Positions 38,402-46,544 of a DNA stretch of 64,000 nucleotides are shown in pieces. Both the position numbers and the translations under genes were made by a program. This stretch comes from Anaerolineaceae bacterium (lineage in GTDB: Bacteria > Chloroflexota > Anaerolineae > Anaerolineales > Anaerolineaceae): positions 2,897 to 66,896 of the forward strand of contig JAAZOQ010000233.1 of the NCBI GenBank assembly GCA_012797695.1, in the 5' to 3' direction. Each line of letters starts with the position of its first letter. Within the stretch, counting starts at the first letter, position 1. Under the pieces are notes generated by a model. The model saw only the letters and a list, made by a program, of their open reading frames with translations, searched no databases and was not told the origin of the DNA.

Positions 38402-39165
38402 TGGCCTTTTCTCTCGATCAATGGCACGCAAGGTACCTTGAGCAGGCGCAATGGACTGCCCCCTTGCGTGCTTTTCTTTTGCAGCAGCTTTCGTTACCTG
38501 CTCAGGCGCGCGTGCTCGAGACTGGATGCGGTACTGGTGCACTCTTCCCGAATAGGTCACAACTCAGCAATTATGAATGGTACGGCATCGATATCGCACC
38601 CGAGCGTTGTGCCTTTGCTCAAAAAGGAAACCCTGCCGCCATTATTTCTTGTGCAGAGGGCATTCGCTTGCCCTTTGCGAATGCCACGTTTGACCTCACC
38701 TTCTGCCATTATTACCTGCTGTGGATGAATAACGCTGCGCTGCCGGCTCTGCGGGAAATGGCGCGGGTTACCCGGCCAGGGGGTTACGTGATGGCCATGG
38801 CTGAGCCAGACTATGCTGCCCGCATCGACTTCCCGGCAGAAACCGCACAACTTGGGCAACTGCAAAACTCTTCCCTGCAGAAACAAGGAGCCGCACTGGA
38901 TATGGGGCGGCGATTACCCGAACTGTTTCGCCAGGCGGGGATCAGCGAAATTCAGTTTGGACAGAGCGGTTTTCAGCGCGAGGTCACGGGGACGCCGCAA
39001 TGGCTTGATTCTGAATGGAAAGTAATCGCTCAAGACCTGGCAGACACCCTCCCCCCTCAAGAAATTGCTCACCTAGAACGTCTGGATCGCCAACACTGGC
39101 AGAAAGGCAGCCGGGTGTTGCAGATCCCAACTTTCTATGCTTATGGCAAAGTGAAAGCTGAGTGA
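38401..39165 (+). CDS. class I SAM-dependent methyltransferase
   Basis: Motif I VLETGCGTGAL, post-I WYGIDI, RPGGYV; ATG shares a base with the upstream TAA (TAATG). Confidence 0.8.
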   Translation: MAFSLDQWHARYLEQAQWTAPLRAFLLQQLSLPAQARVLETGCGTGALFPNRSQLSNYEWYGIDIAPERCAFAQKGNPAAIISCAEGIRLPFANATFDLTFCHYYLLWMNNAALPALREMARVTRPGGYVMAMAEPDYAARIDFPAETAQLGQLQNSSLQKQGAALDMGRRLPELFRQAGISEIQFGQSGFQREVTGTPQWLDSEWKVIAQDLADTLPPQEIAHLERLDRQHWQKGSRVLQIPTFYAYGKVKAE

Positions 39166-39225
39166 ATGCATACACTCGTGCAGGATATTTTAAGATTTCG
39201 TTGCAAGCAAATGTCTTGAGTTTCC

Positions 39226-39254
39226 TTGACGCCCCCCTACCCCTATGGTAAACT
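39226..39254 (+). promoter_or_regulatory. candidate promoter of tRNA-Asp
   Basis: TTGACG - 17 nt - TAAACT, -10 ends 11 nt before the tRNA. Confidence 0.55.
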
Positions 39255-39265
39255 ATTGTCTGTTC

Positions 39266-39338
39266 GGGGGCGTGGTGTAGCGGCTAACATGCGGCCCTGT
39301 CAAGGCCGAGATCGCGGGTTCGAACCCCGTCGCTCCCG
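39266..39338 (+). tRNA. tRNA-Asp (anticodon GTC)
   Basis: Acceptor GGGGGCG/CGCTCCC, anticodon stem CGGCC/GGCCG with loop CTGTCAA, T-arm GCGGG-TTCGAAC-CCCGT. Confidence 0.9.
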
Positions 39339-39352
39339 CCTGAACAAGAAAA

Positions 39353-39380
39353 TGACTGCCTTCGAGGCAGTTATTTTTTT
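39353..39380 (+). terminator. terminator after tRNA-Asp
   Basis: ACTGCCT-TCG-AGGCAGT followed by TATTTTTTT. Confidence 0.7.
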
Positions 39381-39424
39381 ATCCGGTATAATCACAGCAG
39401 AAATTCATTACAGGAGGAAAATGC

Positions 39425-40462
39425 ATGAAAATCTATATTACTGGCATCAGCGGTTTTCTCAGCATCAACCTGGTGCGCTATTTGCTGGCGCACGGCTATA
39501 CCGACATCAGCGGGATTGACCTGGTTGATTTCGATTACCCAGAACGTGACCAGATCACTTTCTTGAAAGGCGACATCCGCGACCAAGAAGCGCTCAAGAA
39601 AAGCATGGCTGGCGCTGACATCGTGATCCACACTGCGGCCGCACTGCCCCTGTATTCGCCGGAAGACATCTACACCACGGATATCGTTGGCACCCGCAAT
39701 GTACTCGAAGAAGCCGTGGCCGTAGGCGCCAAACGCTTTGTGCACATCTCTTCTACGGCAGTATACGGGGTTCCCGATCATCATCCGCTCTACGAAACTG
39801 ACCCGGTCAGCGGCGTTGGACCTTACGGAGAGGCCAAAGTACAGGCAGAAGAAGTTTGCCGCGAATACCGCAGCCAGGGGCTGACTGTCTCGACCATTCG
39901 GCCCAAATCATTCATTGGGCCAGAACGTCTGGGGGTATTCGCCATCTTCTACGAATGGGCCAGCGAAGGGCGCGGTTTTCCGATGATTGGCAACGGCAAA
40001 AATCGCTACCAGTTTCTGGATGTCGAAGACCTGTGCTCGGCAATTCTGGCCTGCATGACCCTGGAAACCGAAAAAGTCAACGACACCTTCAATGTCGGCG
40101 CGGCAGAATTCACCACCATGAAGGAAGATTATCAGGTCGTGCTGGACGAAGCTGGCTTTGGCAAAAAGATTGTGACCTTTCCGGCCAAACCGGTGATCGC
40201 CGTGCTGAAAGTGCTTGAGTTCCTGAAACTCTCGCCCCTGTATCCGTGGATCTATGAGACCGCAGCTAAAGACTCGTTTGTCTCCATCGAAAAAGCGCAA
40301 AAAGTGCTGGGGTATACGCCGAAATACTCGAACCAGGATGCCATGCTGCGCAATTACCGCTGGTACATTGCCAACAAGGACAAATTCAGAGGTGGCACAG
40401 GGGTCTCGCACCGTCTGCCCTGGAAGCAAAAAGCGCTTAAGCTGGTCAAAATCTTCTTCTAG
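39425..40462 (+). CDS. NAD-dependent epimerase/dehydratase (extended SDR)
   Basis: MKIYITGISGFLS Rossmann motif, YGEAK catalytic pair; AGGAGG 7 nt upstream. Confidence 0.85.
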   Translation: MKIYITGISGFLSINLVRYLLAHGYTDISGIDLVDFDYPERDQITFLKGDIRDQEALKKSMAGADIVIHTAAALPLYSPEDIYTTDIVGTRNVLEEAVAVGAKRFVHISSTAVYGVPDHHPLYETDPVSGVGPYGEAKVQAEEVCREYRSQGLTVSTIRPKSFIGPERLGVFAIFYEWASEGRGFPMIGNGKNRYQFLDVEDLCSAILACMTLETEKVNDTFNVGAAEFTTMKEDYQVVLDEAGFGKKIVTFPAKPVIAVLKVLEFLKLSPLYPWIYETAAKDSFVSIEKAQKVLGYTPKYSNQDAMLRNYRWYIANKDKFRGGTGVSHRLPWKQKALKLVKIFF

Positions 40463-40466
40463 AGAA

Positions 40467-40496
40467 AAACGGGACACTCATTAGAGTGTCCCGTTT
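40467..40496. terminator. bidirectional hairpin between the epimerase gene and glpD
   Basis: AAACGGGACACTC-ATTA-GAGTGTCCCGTTT. Confidence 0.75.
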
Positions 40497-40516
40497 CACT
40501 TTTCATCATTAGAACC

Positions 40517-42199
40517 CTATTTCACGATCACGCCGTGATATTCCTTGAGGTGAGCAATGGTGCGCTCCACCTCGGATTGCACAGTGGCTTTGGACCAGCC
40601 GTTCACTTCGGCAAAGATCGCCGCGAACTCCTCGACCAGCGGACGGGTTACCTCACCCAACCAGGCCAGCGTCGAACGGCGCAGCAAAACATCTTCTACG
40701 TGAACCGGCTTCTCATTCTCTACCAGATAAATCACTTCCCCGCGCTGCCAGTTGGCCTTGCTCTGCAGCGGGGAATCACCCACTCTGGCAATTTCCTTGG
40801 CCACCAGCAACGAGCGCGTGCCGTAGCGGACAAAGAGATCCTGTACCACGGATTCCTTCACGCCAGTCTTGTCGCACACATACTTCACCATCTCAGCGCG
40901 TTCTTTGTCATTGCGCGGAAAATCCTTGCCGCCGCCCACCCCTAATGCCGCCGTGCTGCGAGTGCGCTTCTTGTCGAGCATTTTCAAGATCACGTCGGTG
41001 GTCTGCTCTGAGAAGGCACGGAAACTGGTCCATTTGCCGCCAACCAAACTGAGCACCGGAATATTGCCCAGCTTGTCTTCCTTGATGCTGTGATCACGAG
41101 AAATTTGGCCCGTCGTCTTGGCCCTGGAATACTCCAGCGGGCGTACCCCGGTGAAGCGGAAAACGATGTGCTCTGGCTTGACCGGAATATCCGGGAAAAC
41201 ACGAGACACCAGATTGATGAAATATTGTTCCTCTTCAGGCGTACAGCGCGCTTCATCTGGGTTCTCAATCGGCAAATCAGAAGTCCCGATGATGACCTTA
41301 TCCCAGAAGGGGAAGATCAACACAATACGCCCGTCTTTATTCTCGAAGAAAAACTCTTTATTGCCAATCGCCTGGCGCAACTCAGGGAGATCAAGCACCA
41401 GATGAGAGCCCTTGGTACCACCGATATAACGCTCTTCGATGCCCATCTCGCGGTTGACCGAATCGATCCAGGGGCCAGCAGCGTTGACGATGATCTTTGC
41501 CTGCACCGTAAAAGTTTCGCCGGTGACCTCATCCTTAAGAACCACGTTCTCCCCTTCTTTGCCGACCAGAGAAACGTAATTCAAGGCACGCGCGTGCGGG
41601 CCTTCGGCCTCGGCGTCGCTGATCAAATCCATCGCGTAACGTTCCGGGGAGAGAATCTGACCGTCATAGTAAAGAGCCGTGTACTTGATCTGCGGGTTCA
41701 AACGCGGATACATTTGCAAAGAGCGCTTGCGGCCGTAGAATTCGTGGGTCGGAACGGTCTTCTGCTTATGGGTGAAAGAGTCATACATGATCAACCCAAA
41801 TTTGATCACAAAAGCACCGCGTTCCGCTGGTTTATCGAGCCAGTTGAGGAATTTCAAAGGTGCATTCAGCAGCCCGGACCAGAATTTGAATATCGGAATG
41901 ACCGTCGGCAACGGACGTACCACGTGCGGGGCATTCTCGATCATACGATTGCGCTCCTGAACGGCCTCGCGCACCAGCCGGAACTCCCCATTTTCGAGGT
42001 AGCGGATGCCGCCATGGGCCATGTGAGAAGATGCCGTCGATGCCCCTGAGCAAAAATCACTCCGATCAATCAAAAGAACATTGACACCGTTCAATGCCAG
42101 ATCACGAAACGTTCCAATTCCGTTGATGCCTGCACCTACGACCAAAACGGTTACCTGATTGTTTTTCTTGAGCTGATCCAGTACTTCTGCTCTTTTCAT
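40517..42199 (-). CDS. glpD: FAD-dependent glycerol-3-phosphate dehydrogenase/oxidase
   Basis: VLVVGAGINGIG...SGASTASSHMAHGGIRYLE. Confidence 0.85.
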   Translation of the reverse strand: MKRAEVLDQLKKNNQVTVLVVGAGINGIGTFRDLALNGVNVLLIDRSDFCSGASTASSHMAHGGIRYLENGEFRLVREAVQERNRMIENAPHVVRPLPTVIPIFKFWSGLLNAPLKFLNWLDKPAERGAFVIKFGLIMYDSFTHKQKTVPTHEFYGRKRSLQMYPRLNPQIKYTALYYDGQILSPERYAMDLISDAEAEGPHARALNYVSLVGKEGENVVLKDEVTGETFTVQAKIIVNAAGPWIDSVNREMGIEERYIGGTKGSHLVLDLPELRQAIGNKEFFFENKDGRIVLIFPFWDKVIIGTSDLPIENPDEARCTPEEEQYFINLVSRVFPDIPVKPEHIVFRFTGVRPLEYSRAKTTGQISRDHSIKEDKLGNIPVLSLVGGKWTSFRAFSEQTTDVILKMLDKKRTRSTAALGVGGGKDFPRNDKERAEMVKYVCDKTGVKESVVQDLFVRYGTRSLLVAKEIARVGDSPLQSKANWQRGEVIYLVENEKPVHVEDVLLRRSTLAWLGEVTRPLVEEFAAIFAEVNGWSKATVQSEVERTIAHLKEYHGVIVK

Positions 42200-42219
42200 G
42201 ATGTGTGCAATCTCCTTGA

Positions 42220-43065
42220 TTATTCCTTTGAGCTATCCAGTTTGGTCTGGATGCCTTGCCCCAGCTCCTGCGACCGTTCATAGGCGGCCAGAATGGCCCG
42301 CGAAATGGCCGTGCGAAAGCCGGCTTTTTCAAGATAATACAGCGCCTCAGCGGAAGTTCCACCCGGTGAAGTCACCTCGTTGCGCAGCTTGGCCGGATGA
42401 TCTTTCGAAAGACGATAAAACTCTACACTGCCCAGTATCGTCTGCGAAACGAGCTGCTCGGCAATGCGGCGCGGAAAACCCAGATGCACGGCGGCATCGA
42501 TCATGGCTTCCATAAAGAGGAAAACGTATGCCGGGCCCGTGCCTGAAACCGCCGTGGCCATATCCAGATAAGATTCGTCATCTACATACACTTCTTCGCC
42601 CAGCGTGGTCAGCAAATCGATGGTGGACTGTTTCTGCGCTTCGGTCACGCTCTCCGTCGTCGTCCATACTGTGATGCCTTTGGAAATGCGCACCGGCGTA
42701 TTGGGCATGGTGCGTACGATATTGGCATGATCAAGTGCCTTCGCCAAACTTTCGAGCTTAATGCCCGCAATCACTGAAAGCACCACCGCATCCGGCTTCA
42801 ATTTGCCTTTGATCGAGCGGGCTACCTGATTGAAGCGCTGCGGCTTGACCGCCAGCACGATAAAATCGGCATTCGCCACCGCCTGGCCGTTATCGGTGGT
42901 GATCTGGACGTGATAAAGGTCCTGCAAATGCTGATTGCGCTCCGCCTCAGGTCCGGAAATCGTGACATTCTGGGGAGCACAGATGTGACTATTCACCAGG
43001 CAAGAAAGGATAGCTTCCCCCATCACTCCTGGGCCAATGACAGCAACTTTCATTTTCTCTAACAT
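42220..43065 (-). CDS. proC: pyrroline-5-carboxylate reductase
   Basis: KVAVIGPGVMGEA, RTMPNTP, SPGGTSAEAL. Confidence 0.88.
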   Translation of the reverse strand: MLEKMKVAVIGPGVMGEAILSCLVNSHICAPQNVTISGPEAERNQHLQDLYHVQITTDNGQAVANADFIVLAVKPQRFNQVARSIKGKLKPDAVVLSVIAGIKLESLAKALDHANIVRTMPNTPVRISKGITVWTTTESVTEAQKQSTIDLLTTLGEEVYVDDESYLDMATAVSGTGPAYVFLFMEAMIDAAVHLGFPRRIAEQLVSQTILGSVEFYRLSKDHPAKLRNEVTSPGGTSAEALYYLEKAGFRTAISRAILAAYERSQELGQGIQTKLDSSKE

Positions 43066-43180
43066 AGCATTCCTATCCTTTCGAGCGGGTACTGTTTTCT
43101 CATTTTACCGCGAACCCCTTCATTCGCAAAACGTTCTTAAGCCTTTCAGATTTTGCCGTTTTGCCGTATCATGCTTAGCG

Positions 43181-44140
43181 ATGGAGACAAGCACGCCAGC
43201 TTTCATGATCCGGGAGATCCCGGTATACGGACGATTGATCCTGGCCCCCATGGACGGGTTTACCGACTGGCCAATGCGTTCAATCTGCCGCGAATTCGGC
43301 TCAGCCATGAGCTATTCGGAGTTTCTCAACGGCATCGACATCACCCAGGGAAACCCGCACCTCAAAAGCCAGCTTTACTTCGCCCCTGACGAGCATCCAC
43401 TGGTCTATCAGATCTACGATGATGCCCCGGAGCGGTTCCTGCAAGCTGCGCTCAAAGTTGCCGCTCGCCAGCCAGACATCATTGATATCAACATCGGCTG
43501 TTCAGCGCGCAACGTCGCCAACCGCGGGGCCGGTTCCGGGCTGCTCAAAACACCCGCCAAGATCGCGCAAATCGCTTCAGCACTGGTGAGCCAGCTGCCC
43601 ATGCCCATTACCGCCAAAATCAGGCTGGGCTGGGATGATGACTCGCGCAACTTTCTGGAAGTGGCCCACATTCTGGAAGACAGCGGCGTAAGCCTGATCG
43701 CCGTCCACGGACGAACGCGGCGCCAGGAATATGGGGGCAGCGCTGATTGGGAGGCCATTGCCGCCGTCAAAGCCGCGGTCAAAATCCCGGTCATTGGCAA
43801 CGGTGACATCACTGACTTCGCGCTGGCCCAACGACGCCTGCAGCAAAGCGGAGTGGATGCAGTCATGATCGGACGGGCCGCCATCGGCAACCCGTGGATC
43901 TTCGCCGGCTCATCGCGCGAGGAACAACCCGTCAGCGAACGCTACCGCGTCATCGAACGCCACCTCAAGCGAATGAGCGAACTGTATTCCGAACGCATCG
44001 CCATGCTCATGTTCCGCAAGCACCTGCTGCGCTACATGCAAGGTTACCTGACCTCTGCGGAAATCCGCCGCAGTATCTTTTCTCACCTCGAAGCTGACCC
44101 GCTGCTGGCCGAAATCCGCACTTTATTCGATCTCAACTAA
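43181..44140 (+). CDS. dusB: tRNA-dihydrouridine synthase
   Basis: LAPMDGFTD.P.R, DINIGCSA, KIRLGWD, VHGRTR...Y.G.ADW; start moved to the ATG at 43181 (the track ORF overlaps proC). Confidence 0.85.
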   Translation: METSTPAFMIREIPVYGRLILAPMDGFTDWPMRSICREFGSAMSYSEFLNGIDITQGNPHLKSQLYFAPDEHPLVYQIYDDAPERFLQAALKVAARQPDIIDINIGCSARNVANRGAGSGLLKTPAKIAQIASALVSQLPMPITAKIRLGWDDDSRNFLEVAHILEDSGVSLIAVHGRTRRQEYGGSADWEAIAAVKAAVKIPVIGNGDITDFALAQRRLQQSGVDAVMIGRAAIGNPWIFAGSSREEQPVSERYRVIERHLKRMSELYSERIAMLMFRKHLLRYMQGYLTSAEIRRSIFSHLEADPLLAEIRTLFDLN

Positions 44141-44156
44141 ACCGGAGGAATCATCC

Positions 44157-44876
44157 ATGAGTCTGCTCGAAGAAATCGTTGCCTCCCTGCCCGCTCCGCC
44201 TCAGCCGGTACGGCACGTCATGCTGGGCATCCACTGGACGACAGTGTGCAGCCGCTACTGCGGATTGGCTTCGACACTGACCAGCGAACACCTGGAACAC
44301 GTTGATCTGGACGGCGTCGGTGCCTACACGAAACGTTCCGCACAGGAGCTGGCCCGGATGGCCCTGTCCGGGAACCATCTGGAACGCAGTATTGGCGTGG
44401 CTGCCCTCAACTCCATGATGGACGTTGAAACGCTGCACCCGGTCGAACTCAATGCCTACAACTGGCTCTTCGATCACGTCGCCGGCAAGACCGTCACCAT
44501 CGTTGGGCACTTTGCCTTCGTGGATCACGTGCGCAGCCTGGCCAAAGAAACCTGGGTGCTTGAACGCAATCCCCGCCCCGGCGACATTCCAGCGGAGCAA
44601 TCTGCGCCGTACCTGGGCAAAGCGGAGATCATCGCCATCACCGGCAGCGCCGTGGTCAATGGCAGCATGGATGACGTGCTGGCCATGTGCAACCCGGCGG
44701 CCACCATCATGGTGCTGGGACCTTCCACCCCGCTCTCGCCGCTCCTCTTCGAGCACGGCGTCTCAATCCTCTCGGGAAGCCAGGTCACCGACGAAGACGC
44801 GGCCCTGCTCACCATCGCCGAAGGCGGCGGATACTCGCAATTAATGGGCGTGAAACGGGTTACAATATTCAAATAA
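44157..44876 (+). CDS. DUF4213/DUF364 (putative chelatase-like Rossmann) protein
   Basis: Overall pattern V....LG...T.V......GLAST..., later IVGHF....V.......V.E.N and ITGSA..NGS resembles DUF364. Confidence 0.65.
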   Translation: MSLLEEIVASLPAPPQPVRHVMLGIHWTTVCSRYCGLASTLTSEHLEHVDLDGVGAYTKRSAQELARMALSGNHLERSIGVAALNSMMDVETLHPVELNAYNWLFDHVAGKTVTIVGHFAFVDHVRSLAKETWVLERNPRPGDIPAEQSAPYLGKAEIIAITGSAVVNGSMDDVLAMCNPAATIMVLGPSTPLSPLLFEHGVSILSGSQVTDEDAALLTIAEGGGYSQLMGVKRVTIFK

Positions 44877-44886
44877 CGGAGGTTCC

Positions 44887-45228
44887 ATGCTCAATACCGA
44901 TTACTTCAATGAGATCCCGGCAGCGGTCACCGTGTGCGACACAGACGGGATCATCCTCTACATGAACCAGAAATCACAATCCACCTTTGTGAAAGACGGC
45001 GGCGCGGCGCTGATCGGGCGCTCCCTGCTGGATTGCCACCCGGGTGCCTCGAAAGGCAAGCTCAAGGCCCTGCTGGTCTCGCAGCAGTCGAACAGCTATA
45101 CCATCGAGAAGAATGGTGTGCATAAAATGATCCAGCAAATGCCCTGGTTCGAGAATGGCGAGTACAAAGGCCTGATCGAGTTCTCTTTCATCATCCCGGC
45201 AGAAATGCCGCATTTCATCCGAGGTTAA
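44887..45228 (+). CDS. small stand-alone PAS-like domain protein
   Basis: 113 aa, IPAAVTVCDTDGIILYMN......F......LIGRSLLDCHP pattern. Confidence 0.55.
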   Translation: MLNTDYFNEIPAAVTVCDTDGIILYMNQKSQSTFVKDGGAALIGRSLLDCHPGASKGKLKALLVSQQSNSYTIEKNGVHKMIQQMPWFENGEYKGLIEFSFIIPAEMPHFIRG

Positions 45229-45229
45229 C

Positions 45230-45571
45230 ATGGCCATCTATCACATCGCAATCCAATCTGAATGGCAGGCCGGCTTGGATAAAGGCAGCTACCAGCCCGC
45301 CGGTTTCGAACGCGACAGCTTCATCCACTTCTCGAAAAAGGAACAGGTGCTGCGCGTTGCCAACGGCCTGTACGCGAACCGGAGCGATCTGGTGCTGCTC
45401 AAGGTCGACCCGCAGCGAGTGAACTGCCCCGTCATCGAAGAGAACCTCGAGGGCGGTAGCGAACTGTTCCCGCACCTCTACGGTCCCCTGCCCAGCGCCG
45501 CCGTAATCGCCACCGCTCCGCTGACCTGGCAAGCGAAGGGATATTCCTTCCCGAACAGCCTGGAAGATTAG
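45230..45571 (+). CDS. DUF952 family protein
   Basis: IYHI....W......Y.P.....GFIHFS...Q......................FPHLYGPL. Confidence 0.7.
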   Translation: MAIYHIAIQSEWQAGLDKGSYQPAGFERDSFIHFSKKEQVLRVANGLYANRSDLVLLKVDPQRVNCPVIEENLEGGSELFPHLYGPLPSAAVIATAPLTWQAKGYSFPNSLED

Positions 45572-45584
45572 CAAAGGAAACCTG

Positions 45585-45881
45585 ATGAAACACTTTATCG
45601 TCGAAATCCAGTACAAAGCTCCCATCGAAGAGGTCAGCCAAACCACCCCCAAACATCGTGAATTCCTGCAAAAAGGCTACGAGCGCGGCTGGCTGCTGCT
45701 CTCTGGGCCACAAAACCCCAAAGTGGGCGGCATCGTGGTGTGCAAAGCCCCGTCGCTGGCAGAGATCCAGGCCTATTTCGCACAAGATCCCTACTCCCTG
45801 GCCGGGCTTTCGGAATACAAGTTCACCGAGTTCGAGCCGGTGAAATACGCACCCCTGGCAGAAGCCTGGGTGAAAGAGTAA
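45585..45881 (+). CDS. YciI-like protein
   Basis: 98 aa, HREFL......G.LLLSGP.......G.......S..E......DPY. Confidence 0.7.
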   Translation: MKHFIVEIQYKAPIEEVSQTTPKHREFLQKGYERGWLLLSGPQNPKVGGIVVCKAPSLAEIQAYFAQDPYSLAGLSEYKFTEFEPVKYAPLAEAWVKE

Positions 45882-45892
45882 CGGAGGAAGAA

Positions 45893-46144
45893 ATGAGCGA
45901 ACCCAATACCCATTATGAAGAATTTCACGTAAACGGTGAGTCGCTGGTCGCCAAGATCAAAGAGATCATCCATGAAGGCAACGTGCGCCGCATCCTCATC
46001 AAGGATGAGAAGGGCAATACCTACATCGAGATCCCGCTGACCGTGGGCTTAGTCGGGGTCGTACTGCTGCCAGTGTGGGCCGCGGTCGGCGCCATTGCCG
46101 CGCTGGCCGCCAATTTCACCATCGGCGTGGAAAAGGCGGATTAA
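45893..46144 (+). CDS. small protein with a C-terminal TM, DUF4342-like
   Basis: GESLVAKIKEIIHEGNVRRILIKDEKGNTYIEIPLTVG then a hydrophobic tail; GGAGGAAG SD upstream of the ATG at 45893. Confidence 0.55.
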   Translation: MSEPNTHYEEFHVNGESLVAKIKEIIHEGNVRRILIKDEKGNTYIEIPLTVGLVGVVLLPVWAAVGAIAALAANFTIGVEKAD

Positions 46145-46177
46145 GCCGCGCACTTCCCGCCCCCGCACGGCAACTCG

Positions 46178-46186
46178 TGGTAAAAT
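46178..46186 (+). promoter_or_regulatory. extended -10 element upstream of tRNA-Arg(CCG)
   Basis: TGGTAAAAT ending 12 nt before the tRNA. Confidence 0.45.
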
Positions 46187-46198
46187 ACACCTCGTTGC

Positions 46199-46270
46199 GT
46201 CCCTGTAGCGCAATGGATAGCGTGCCGGCCTCCGAAGCCGTCGGTGTGGGTTCGAATCCCACCAGGGACA
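46199..46270 (+). tRNA. tRNA-Arg (anticodon CCG)
   Basis: Acceptor GTCCCTG/CAGGGAC, anticodon loop CTCCGAA, T-arm GTGGG-TTCGAAT-CCCAC. Confidence 0.88.
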
Positions 46271-46273
46271 CTC

Positions 46274-46300
46274 AAGAGATGACTCAGGTCATCTCTTTTT
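46274..46300 (+). terminator. terminator after tRNA-Arg(CCG)
   Basis: AAGAGATGAC-TCAG-GTCATCTCTT-TTT. Confidence 0.75.
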
Positions 46301-46523
46301 CGTTAACTTCATGGTTTCGATAACTGCGGGAACCCTCAAAAAACGAGGGCGGGCGAATCAAAATGAATCCTTTTTGGAAAGAGAAATAAACTTCGCAGGG
46401 AAAACGATCCGGGCATGTTTATTGTTATAAATCATTTGTTCTATTTTATTAAATAAGGATTTTACTTTACTTTTTTCACACCCGCATATTAAAAAGGTAA
46501 ACGTGAGAAGAACTATTTTATAC

Positions 46524-46544
46524 TTAAGTTACTGATGTTACGCA
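46524..46544. repeat. left target-site duplication (46524-46531) plus left terminal IR (46532-46544)
   Basis: TTAAGTTA + CTGATGTTACGCA read directly. Confidence 0.8.

Noticed and set aside
39226-39519. 97-aa ORF spanning tRNA-Asp and the start of the epimerase gene.
   Set aside because: It overlaps a clear tRNA, a terminator and the epimerase SD/start in another frame. It is spurious.
44151-44756. 201-aa minus-strand ORF, together with other long antisense ORFs (e.g. 41090-42049, 43414-43890, 51026-51913, 58708-59595, 59936-60481, 32262-32891, 12512-13096).
   Set aside because: Each lies antisense to, or out of frame within (12512-13096 spans two), genes with strong family motifs. They translate to Arg/Gly/His-rich low-quality sequence, the expected artefact of GC-richer coding DNA.
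39266-46270. A GC-richer block bounded by tRNA-Asp and tRNA-Arg(CCG) might be a genomic island.
   Set aside because: Its content is core metabolism (glpD, proC, dus, epimerase). Similar GC-rich composition recurs at 49-64 kb, and no mobility genes or repeats bound it. This is more likely ordinary intragenomic heterogeneity. I could not compute GC exactly.
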